Under the pieces are notes generated by a model. That model made no database searches and was not told the origin of the DNA. It was given only the letters and a program-made list of their open reading frames with translations. 12,597 nucleotides of DNA from Candidatus Micrarchaeota archaeon. GTDB taxonomy: Archaea > Micrarchaeota > Micrarchaeia > Anstonellales > Bilamarchaeaceae. The stretch spans positions 1 through 12,597 of the forward strand of contig JAGVWJ010000062.1 in the NCBI GenBank assembly GCA_018304385.1, in the 5' to 3' direction. Of this stretch, positions 5,580 through 12,597 are shown piece by piece. A program made the translations under genes and the position numbers. Every line of letters begins with the position of its first letter. Position 1 is the first letter of the stretch.

Positions 5580-8240
5580 ATGGAAGTTAACAAAGATGAA
5601 CTTAGAGCGCAATTTGCACGCGAATGGCAAAAACATTACAAACTGGAATGCCTAGAGAAGCGTGGCTTTAAACGAAGAAAATGTGAAAAATGCAGCCGCA
5701 ACTTCTGGAGTATAGAAGAGCGCAAGCTTTGTGGAGACCCTGGCTGTATCGGCTATCAGTTTATTGGCAATACTCCTGTCAAAAAGAAACTAGGTTATGT
5801 AGATACATGGAAAGTAATTGAAAAATATTTTACTTCTCACAAGCATGGTTATGTCAAACCGTATCCAACAGTTGCAAGATGGCGCGATGATCTATATTTT
5901 ACAATTGCAAGTATAAATGATTTTCAGCCTTATGTAGTTAATGGCGAGCTTGAACCGCCAGCAAATCCAGTAGTTGTTCCTCAGCCATGTATTCGCTTTG
6001 GGGATATTAGCAATGTTGGTGTTAGCGGCAGGCACTATACTAATTTTGTAATGATCGGGCAACTTTCATTTAATACGCAAAAAACAGGACTATTTTATTG
6101 GAAAAACGAAGCAATAGAACACGATATCAATTATCTGAAGCAGTTAGGAATCCCAGAAAGCGAGCTAGTCTTTATAGAAGACGTTTGGAACGGTGGCGGC
6201 AATTTTGGTCCAAGCATGGAATATTTTGTTCGCGGATTAGAATTAGGCAATTGTGTTTTCATGCAATATGAAGTCACGGAAACTGGTGCGCGCGAGTTGA
6301 AAACCAAAGTAATAGATATGGGCGCTGGGCTATCTAGGCTAGCATGGATAACAACTGGTGATCCAACTAGCTATGAATTAGTTTTTGGAGATGTAATTAC
6401 AAAAATGAAAAAGATGAATGATGTTGAAATTGATAAGAATTTATTCTTAAAATATGCAAAGATTTCTGGCTCTCTTAATGAGGACGAAGTTGGAGACCTG
6501 GAAGCAGAAAAGGTGCGGGTTGCAAAAATGTTAGGAACTAGTAAAGAAGAATTATTTAAAAAACTAGAGCCATTGCAAGCCCTGTATGCAAGCGCTGATC
6601 ACTTGCTTACTTTATTATTTACAGTTACTGATGGGATGCTTCCAAGCAATGCTGGCGGTGGATATAATCTAAGAATGATTTTACGTCGCGTATTTGGTTT
6701 TGAGCAAGAGTTTAAATTAAATTTAAACATGGAAGAAATTTTACTAGGTCATGCCAAACATTTAGTATATATGTTTCCTCATTTGCAGGATGGCGTAGAA
6801 ACAACACTTGCTGTAATTGATGAAGAGCGCAGGAAATATGCAACAACTAAAGAAAAGGCAACGCAAATAGTTGGCAATATAGTAAAGCGTGCAAAAAAGA
6901 TATCCACTAGCGAATTGCTTACACTATACAAGAGCAATGGTATTCCACCAGAATCGATTATTGATCTTGCTAAAAACAATGGTATAGAAGTAGAGATGCC
7001 AGGAAACTTCTACAAACTAGTCAAAGAAAAAGAAGAAGATGTTGCAGAGAAAAAAGAAAAGAAAATAGATGTTGTTGGTTTGCCAAAAACAGAAGTATTA
7101 TATTATAACAATAGTGGCGAGTTTGAAGCTAAAATAATTGATGTCAAAGGTAAATTTGTTATTTTAGATAAATCTGCGTTCTACCCAGAAGGTGGTGGGC
7201 AAGTTGGCGATATTGGCGAAATTAGTGGCGTAAAAGTAACAGATACTCAAAAGGAATCAGGCGTGCTTTTGCATGAAGTTGCTGATACGAAGCAGTTTAA
7301 AAAAGGACAAAAAGTACATTGTAAGGTTGATTTAGCAAGAAGAAAGATTATCACGCGCCATCATAGCGTAACGCATCTGGTTACTGCTGCATGTCGCCAA
7401 GTTTTAGGTAAGCATGCATGGCAAGGTGGTTCACACAAAGATCAAGATCGTGCGCATCTAGATATTACTCATTATAAGAAAATAACTCAAGAAGAGCTTA
7501 ATCGAATTGAGCTTTTGGTTAATCAATTTATTTTAGCAAATATGCCTATTAAGATTGAAGTGCTTCCACGAACGCAGGCAGAGCAGACATATGGTTTTAC
7601 ACTTTATCAAGGTGGTGCAGTTCCAGGCAAAGAATTACGCGTTGTTAGCATGGGTGATGTTGATAGCGAGGCGTGTGGCGGAACGCATCATATGCTTAAG
7701 AGTACATCAGAGATTGGTTGCTTTAAGCTTGTCAAACGCGAAAGCATTCAGGATGGAATTGAACGACTTACCTATAAATGCGGGGATGTTGCGATTAGGT
7801 ATGTGCAAGAGCGAGAGGCAATATTACGTGATGCTGCCAGTAAGTTAAGTGTTAGCGAAAATGAGCTTCCGCGCAGTGTAGAACGATTCTTTACTGAATG
7901 GAAAGATCAGCGAAAGAAAATTGAATCTCTTAGTGATGAGCTTGTTAAAGAAGAGGTAAAAGATATTATTGAGCATGCGAAAGGTAGCGTAATTGTTAGG
8001 ATTTTGGATTTAGATGACGCTTCGCTTAGAAAACTTGCAGTTAAAGTATCAGAAAGCCAAGATAGCGCTGCTGTTTTAATGAATAAGAGTGGAAGTGTAG
8101 TTTGTGCTTGCAGTAAGGCTAGCAAACATAAAGCGAATGAATTGCTAAAAAAAGTTTTAGATAAACTTGGTGGAAATGGCGGCGGTAATGAGCAAATTGC
8201 AAGCGGGAAAGTGAAAAAGGTAGAGATGATTAGTTTCTAA
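5580..8240 (+). CDS. alaS: Alanine--tRNA ligase, archaeal type
   Basis: N-terminal CEKC...CGDPGC cluster; PTVARWRDDLYFTIASINDFQP; QPCIRF; RHYTNFVMIG; IDMGAGLSRL; ADH...DGMLPSNAGGGYNLRMILRR; FYPEGGGQVGD; editing motifs HSVTH and CGGTH; C-terminal GGNGGG. Start is ATG 5580 or GTG 5571. Confidence 0.98.
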   Translation: MEVNKDELRAQFAREWQKHYKLECLEKRGFKRRKCEKCSRNFWSIEERKLCGDPGCIGYQFIGNTPVKKKLGYVDTWKVIEKYFTSHKHGYVKPYPTVARWRDDLYFTIASINDFQPYVVNGELEPPANPVVVPQPCIRFGDISNVGVSGRHYTNFVMIGQLSFNTQKTGLFYWKNEAIEHDINYLKQLGIPESELVFIEDVWNGGGNFGPSMEYFVRGLELGNCVFMQYEVTETGARELKTKVIDMGAGLSRLAWITTGDPTSYELVFGDVITKMKKMNDVEIDKNLFLKYAKISGSLNEDEVGDLEAEKVRVAKMLGTSKEELFKKLEPLQALYASADHLLTLLFTVTDGMLPSNAGGGYNLRMILRRVFGFEQEFKLNLNMEEILLGHAKHLVYMFPHLQDGVETTLAVIDEERRKYATTKEKATQIVGNIVKRAKKISTSELLTLYKSNGIPPESIIDLAKNNGIEVEMPGNFYKLVKEKEEDVAEKKEKKIDVVGLPKTEVLYYNNSGEFEAKIIDVKGKFVILDKSAFYPEGGGQVGDIGEISGVKVTDTQKESGVLLHEVADTKQFKKGQKVHCKVDLARRKIITRHHSVTHLVTAACRQVLGKHAWQGGSHKDQDRAHLDITHYKKITQEELNRIELLVNQFILANMPIKIEVLPRTQAEQTYGFTLYQGGAVPGKELRVVSMGDVDSEACGGTHHMLKSTSEIGCFKLVKRESIQDGIERLTYKCGDVAIRYVQEREAILRDAASKLSVSENELPRSVERFFTEWKDQRKKIESLSDELVKEEVKDIIEHAKGSVIVRILDLDDASLRKLAVKVSESQDSAAVLMNKSGSVVCACSKASKHKANELLKKVLDKLGGNGGGNEQIASGKVKKVEMISF

Positions 8241-8931
8241 ATTTTATTCCTGGTCTTTCCAAAAACTCAAATTTATCCGGATCTCTATAAAACTCTAAGA
8301 GCAAATCTTTAGAACTAAATTCAAATCTCTTATTAATCTCATCAGCATTTAATTGCTCGAATTTTTTAATTTTATAATTTTTATTCTCTATGAATCCATT
8401 GGTAGTATAATAATAAGCCGCGCCGCGATATTTTTTATAATCTGAATAATCACTTTCAAAACTGTTAGAAACAATATTTGCAAGGACTAAATCTTTGTTA
8501 GTAGGATTTATGCTGACATGCCCATACCCAGGAGGAAATATCACAGTTTCTTTTTCTTTTGCATTAACTGATATGACCTCGATTCCGTCCGGATTTTTTT
8601 TCTGTAATAAAAATAAAGCGTTACCACTTAGAACGTGATATGTCTCAGGATATACAACACCGTCAGGAGCAGCAGGGTGATAATGCCCATATGTTTTTGT
8701 GTATTCATCACCAATTAGATTAGCAGTAAGGTGAGTTATATCATATCTAAGAGTCTTGTACTGATGTACAGCTCGATACATATAATAAAGGGCATTATGG
8801 TCTTTTGCTGGATGCTGTAAAACTTCCCCCATGTGATCTATAGTTCTAATGCTATGCTGATGTTCTTTTCCATTTACTAAAAGTTGATTATCTAAAATTT
8901 CTATGTCTAAAGGTTCTCTATATAATTTCAT
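8230..8931 (-). CDS. pgi: Glucose-6-phosphate isomerase, archaeal cupin type
   Basis: LYYMYR...LRYDIT...GDEYTKTYGHYH....YPETYHVLSG...VIFPPGYGHVSIN contains both cupin metal motifs typical of cupin PGI. Start chosen at ATG 8931 (8937 possible) rather than 8961. Confidence 0.88.
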   Translation of the reverse strand: MKLYREPLDIEILDNQLLVNGKEHQHSIRTIDHMGEVLQHPAKDHNALYYMYRAVHQYKTLRYDITHLTANLIGDEYTKTYGHYHPAAPDGVVYPETYHVLSGNALFLLQKKNPDGIEVISVNAKEKETVIFPPGYGHVSINPTNKDLVLANIVSNSFESDYSDYKKYRGAAYYYTTNGFIENKNYKIKKFEQLNADEINKRFEFSSKDLLLEFYRDPDKFEFLERPGIKFRN

Positions 8932-9334
8932 GACCATTCTCCATATGTCCGAAACCATCACTGGTTTTCTCCAATAAATTCTTCATTCTCTTAAACTCAA
9001 CCTTTCTTTCTAACGGTTTCTCTGCCTTTAGTTTTTCTTTTTTTAATTTATCCAACACAGCCCTTAAAAATAGTAGAAATTCCCGTCTTTTTATATTATG
9101 CTTGTCAAATGCCTTTTCGAATTTATTTACTGTGTTTACCATTGTTATAAAGAGATTAGTATTAATAAAGTTCTGAATCTGGTCTTGGTTGCACAAGTGC
9201 TCATGCAAGATATGCCTAACGAAGCATAATTCTTTCTTAAGCTTTTTTGTGCCGTTATGCTCGTTTTCTAGTTCAATGTGAAAGACATGCGCCATATGTG
9301 CTATGTCTTCCCATGATTCATTTTCAATTTGCAT
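8918..9334 (-). CDS. Hypothetical protein, 138 aa, His-rich helical N-terminal half
   Basis: GGTG SD-like motif upstream on the minus strand; 3' end overlaps the pgi start, consistent with an operon. Confidence 0.7.
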   Translation of the reverse strand: MQIENESWEDIAHMAHVFHIELENEHNGTKKLKKELCFVRHILHEHLCNQDQIQNFINTNLFITMVNTVNKFEKAFDKHNIKRREFLLFLRAVLDKLKKEKLKAEKPLERKVEFKRMKNLLEKTSDGFGHMENGHEII

Positions 9335-9394
9335 TTAAAAAACACCGATTTACCAACCACTCACATTCTTTCTAAACGATAGTAAATAAAAATA

Positions 9395-9561
9395 TAGCCC
9401 CGATCGGAATTCCGCAGCTTCTATTAACGAAGCAGTTTTTTGTGAACTTTTTTACCTAAAAAAGTTCATTCGAACCGATGTCACAAGGTCCAGAACCTCA
9501 TGTAAGGGTTTATGGAAATAACAATCGCCATAACTATCCTTGACCACTAGACGACGGGGCT
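9395..9561 (-). tRNA. tRNA-Gln(CTG) with two introns (25/26: 9502-9535, 34 nt; 59/60: 9409-9468, 60 nt); CCA not encoded
   Basis: Spliced sequence AGCCCCG TC GTCT AGTGGTCAA GGAT A TGAGG TT CTG GA CCTTG TGAC ATCGG TTCGAAT CCGAT CGGGGCT A folds as a cloverleaf with the A1-U72 pair of archaeal tRNA-Gln. Both junctions form relaxed BHB motifs (AAGG/CCTT with ATA, ACA bulges; TTCG/CGGA with AAT, ATT bulges). Confidence 0.9.
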
Positions 9562-9607
9562 ATAAAATAGTAAAAGATAAATATATGTTTTAATCTTTAT
9601 AAGATGT

Positions 9608-10120
9608 ATGGCTTCAGCTGATATTAAGAAAAAAGCAAAGGAAATACTTATAATGAATGACATGTATTTAGTTGATCGCGAGTATCAAATTTTATCATTA
9701 TCAAAAAATCCAGAATCATTTCAAATTCTTTTAGAACTGTTGGCTTCTGGAGATGTCCTGCATGTTCAGGAAGCAGCTAGGGTTTTAGCATTAAAAGGAG
9801 ATTTTAGATACATTGAAGATATCCTTAATATAAGAAAACATCTTCCTTCTCGTGGAGGGTTAAGGGATTATAGAAAAAGCATAGACGATACTATCTTGAT
9901 ATTAGAGGAGAGAAAAAAAGGTCATGAATGTAATTGTGGTATTTATTCAAAGACATCTTTCCATCCAAGATATGAAGAAAAAATTGGTTTCATCAAAATT
10001 ATTAATGAGGTCGTTAATGAAAATAATACTGTGTATTCTTGCATCTGTAATAAATGCGATCGTAAATGGCAGGTAGAAGAAGATTTAACCTATCATTATC
10101 CTATTTTTAATTGGCACTAG
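9608..10120 (+). CDS. Hypothetical protein with HEAT-like helical repeat and C-terminal Cys cluster (CxC...CxCxxC)
   Basis: LLELLASGDVLHVQEAARVLALKGD is HEAT/PBS-like; HECNC and CICNKC suggest metal binding; divergent from the tRNA. Confidence 0.65.
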   Translation: MASADIKKKAKEILIMNDMYLVDREYQILSLSKNPESFQILLELLASGDVLHVQEAARVLALKGDFRYIEDILNIRKHLPSRGGLRDYRKSIDDTILILEERKKGHECNCGIYSKTSFHPRYEEKIGFIKIINEVVNENNTVYSCICNKCDRKWQVEEDLTYHYPIFNWH

Positions 10121-10161
10121 CGAACCGAAAGCCTTAAATCTGCTTGAACTGCGTTCAAGTC

Positions 10162-10194
10162 TATAAACATTTGAAAAAAGCAAATGTTTATATA
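10162..10194. promoter_or_regulatory. Perfect 12-bp inverted repeat overlapping a TATA-like box
   Basis: TATAAACATTTG (10162-10173), 7-nt spacer, CAAATGTTTATA (10181-10192); TTTATATA at 10187-10194 lies 33 nt before ATG 10228. Operator or terminator hairpin cannot be distinguished. Confidence 0.5.
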
Positions 10195-10227
10195 GTGGGA
10201 AATGTATAATATCTGTAGGTGTAAAAA

Positions 10228-10505
10228 ATGGAAAGGGGTTTACTTCACGGAAATAGGAAGGGATCTGCTTCACAAAGCAATTCCTTATTAGCCTTGATTC
10301 AAAGGCGCGTCTAGTCTTACTATCAGAAATACGTGAAGTACTCGGAATAGAAACTAATGGAAAAATTCTGATTAGCGTAAGCTCAGTAAAAGATGGCAAA
10401 GTTATTCTCGAATTAAAAAAAGCTAGCGATAGCGATATCGTGAACGGGGTTCCTTTTTCTAAAAATGGGAAATACATTAATAGAGGTGCTATTGATGAAA
10501 AATGA
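10228..10505 (+). pseudogene. AbrB/MazE/SpoVT-like DNA-binding protein gene, frame-disrupted or with non-AUG start
   Basis: SD AGGTG + ATG 10228 opens a frame ending at TAG 10312-10314. The -1 frame (open 10257-10505) reads LDSKARLVLLSEIREVLGIETNGKILISVSSVKDGKVILELKK, the AbrB-type xDxKGRIxIPxEIRExLGI pattern, but has no ATG/GTG/TTG before the motif. Confidence 0.6.
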
Positions 10506-11811
10506 ATTACCCTTAGTTTCCAAACTAAGTGACGTAGGCATTAAAAAATTCCTAAATCGCGGTAGTGTTAGCGATGAAATAAAGGAACGCGTAAAAGAAA
10601 TAATAAATAATGTTAAAGAGCGCAAGCTAGATGCGATTTTAGAATATACTCAGAAATTTGATGGAGTAAGAATTGCGAAAAATGAAATCAAAGTAACAAT
10701 ACGAGAGATCGAACAAGCGTATTCAAAAATCACAAAAGAACAATTAATCGCGATTCGCGAATCTGTTAAGAGAGTTAAACTATTTCACTTGAAGCAAAAA
10801 AGAGCAATCAAAGATGTAACTCTAAAATCAAAGGAGGGTAAAACAACACTTAGATGGTTACCAATACAACGAGTAGGCATTTACGCACCAGCAGGCAAAG
10901 CACCTTTACCATCATCAGTTCTAATGGCAGCTATACCAGCAGTAATAGCAGGTTGTAAGGAAATTGTTTTATGCTCACCACCTCAAAAAGATGGCAACAT
11001 TGATCCGTCAATACTTGTTGTTGCGAATGAATGTGGGGTCAAGGATATTTATAAGATAGGCGGAGCGCAGGCAATCGCAGCTATGGCTTATGGTTGTGAA
11101 CTATTTGATAAGGTAGATATAATCACGGGCCCGGGCAATATTTACACTGCTTATGCAAAGCAACTAGTAGTTGGCGAAGGTTTAGTTAAAATCGATACAC
11201 TTGCAGGGCCAAGTGAAGTGGTAATTATTGCTGATGAAACAGCTAATGCTAGTTTTATTGCAAGCGATATGCTTGCGCAGGCTGAGCACGGAATAAATTC
11301 TTCTGCTATTTGTATAACAACTAGCGAGCGATTAGTGAAAGATGTCAAAAAAGAACTAGAGGCACAGTTTGCAATATTACCAAATAACGAGTCGATATCT
11401 ATTGCATTAGAAAATTTTAGTGCAATTCTAGTGGCAAATAACATGGATGATGCTATAAGTTTTGTCAATACCTACGCACCGGAGCACTTAGAAATTTTTA
11501 CTAAAAATGCAAGCGTGATTGCAAAAAGAATAACAAATGCAGGCGCAGTTTTCATAAAAACAGGAGAAGTTTTTGGAGACTATGGCATGAGCGGAAGCAA
11601 CCACATATTACCTACTGGAAGCGCTGCAAAATTCTCCTCAGGAGTTAGTGTTTACACGTTTATGAAATACCAACTTGTCGAACAAATGACAAAAATAGCG
11701 CAAGCACAACTAGCAAAAACAACTGCGACATTTGCACGAGTCGAAAAGCTCGAAGCGCACGCTCGCAGTGCAGAAACCAGATTAAAATTAGGTGAAAAAT
11801 ATGAAAATTGA
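10495..11811 (+). CDS. hisD: Histidinol dehydrogenase
   Basis: GIYAPAGKAPLPSSVLM, GGAQAIAAMAYG, GPGNIY, AGPSEV, DMLAQAEH, YAPEHLEI, GDY..GSNHILPT. SD GAGGTG (10483-10488) favours ATG 10495 over 10465. Confidence 0.97.
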   Translation: MKNELPLVSKLSDVGIKKFLNRGSVSDEIKERVKEIINNVKERKLDAILEYTQKFDGVRIAKNEIKVTIREIEQAYSKITKEQLIAIRESVKRVKLFHLKQKRAIKDVTLKSKEGKTTLRWLPIQRVGIYAPAGKAPLPSSVLMAAIPAVIAGCKEIVLCSPPQKDGNIDPSILVVANECGVKDIYKIGGAQAIAAMAYGCELFDKVDIITGPGNIYTAYAKQLVVGEGLVKIDTLAGPSEVVIIADETANASFIASDMLAQAEHGINSSAICITTSERLVKDVKKELEAQFAILPNNESISIALENFSAILVANNMDDAISFVNTYAPEHLEIFTKNASVIAKRITNAGAVFIKTGEVFGDYGMSGSNHILPTGSAAKFSSGVSVYTFMKYQLVEQMTKIAQAQLAKTTATFARVEKLEAHARSAETRLKLGEKYEN

Positions 11812-12597
11812 GAAATTAGCAAGAGCCAGTATATCTTCAATGGCAGATTACCCAGCTCCAGCTATTGTTGAAGCAAACTATAAACTAAATCAGAACGAAT
11901 CACCTTATGATTTGCCAGATTTCATAAAACAAGAGATAGCGAAAAGAATTACCAGTACTTCTCTAAATAGATATTATGATGGCACCAGCAAACAATTAAG
12001 GGAGCGGCTTGCAAAGAAATTCAATGTAAAATCTAAAAATATAATAGTGGGCTCTGGCATAGACGAACTTCTTTATTATCTTGTTCTGGCATTTGTAAAT
12101 AAAGGAGAAAAAATTGTTCGTCCGGTTCCAAGTTTTTCAATGTATAAAATTTGTGCAAAGGTTGTAGATGCAAAAGATAAGGCAATAAAACTTGATGAAA
12201 ATTTCGAGCTTACGGATGAGTTTGTTAAGGAAAGCAAAAATGCAAAGATAACCTTTATCTGCAGGCCAAACAATCCAACTGCCAATTCATTTGACAAAAA
12301 ACTAATAGAAAGAATTGTAAAAAATTCTACAGGAATTGTTTGTATAGATGAAGCATATGCAGAATTTGCAGGAGAAAATTGCCTTGACTTGCTTAAGTAT
12401 AAAAATGTAGTAATAATGAGAACGTTTTCTAAAATTTATTCAGCTGCTGCAATACGTTTAGGTTATGCAATTGCAGATGAAGAGATAATTCGATATATGA
12501 ATAAAATAAAGTTGCCATGGAATGTTAGCCTTATATCTCAGATAGCAGGAGAAATTATTCTTGATAATGATGATTACTTCTGGCAAAAGCGTGTTGA
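11801..12597 (+). CDS. hisC: Histidinol-phosphate aminotransferase, 3'-truncated (absent from ORF track)
   Basis: SD GGTGA then ATG 11801; translated by hand: KLNQNESPY...LNRYYD...IIVGSGIDELL...PSFSMY...ICRPNNPT...IDEAYAEF...RTFSKIYSAAAIRLGY (PLP lysine motif)...LPWNVS; open to the window end; overlaps the hisD stop. Confidence 0.95.
   Translation, partial: MKIEKLARASISSMADYPAPAIVEANYKLNQNESPYDLPDFIKQEIAKRITSTSLNRYYDGTSKQLRERLAKKFNVKSKNIIVGSGIDELLYYLVLAFVNKGEKIVRPVPSFSMYKICAKVVDAKDKAIKLDENFELTDEFVKESKNAKITFICRPNNPTANSFDKKLIERIVKNSTGIVCIDEAYAEFAGENCLDLLKYKNVVIMRTFSKIYSAAAIRLGYAIADEEIIRYMNKIKLPWNVSLISQIAGEIILDNDDYFWQKRV

Noticed and set aside
9395-9420. tRNA-Gln 3' end as an integration (att) site for the accessory region
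   Set aside because: No duplicate of the tRNA 3' sequence and no integrase found in the window.
10228-10314. Histidine attenuator leader peptide upstream of hisD
   Set aside because: Only one His codon and no terminator/antiterminator after it; better explained as the 5' part of the AbrB-like gene.
10085-10477. 130-aa minus-strand ORF
   Set aside because: Antisense to the AbrB-like reading frame and the regulatory hairpins; no recognisable family.

Overview
AT-rich archaeal DNA. The archaeal-type AlaRS with an N-terminal Cys cluster, a cupin glucose-6-phosphate isomerase, bulge-helix-bulge (BHB) tRNA introns and GGTGA/GGAGGT Shine-Dalgarno (SD) motifs support this; DPANN (e.g. Micrarchaeota/Diapherotrites) is an inference. 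The left part (1-5442) looks like an accessory/defence region: a 5'-truncated Mrr-like endonuclease, an NDT/TIR-like protein with a probable C-terminal wHTH, a ~270-nt structured intergenic segment, an unannotated 34-aa ORF coupled to an Avd/23S-IVP-like four-helix-bundle gene, a wHTH + RelE-like toxin-antitoxin pair, a degenerate 7-bp repeat array with inverted copies, and a 774-aa orphan. The right part is mostly housekeeping: alaS, cupin pgi, a hypothetical gene, tRNA-Gln(CTG) split by two non-canonical introns, a HEAT/Cys-cluster hypothetical, a frame-disrupted AbrB-like gene, hisD and 3'-truncated hisC. No reverse transcriptase, integrase, transposase or CRISPR array is visible.
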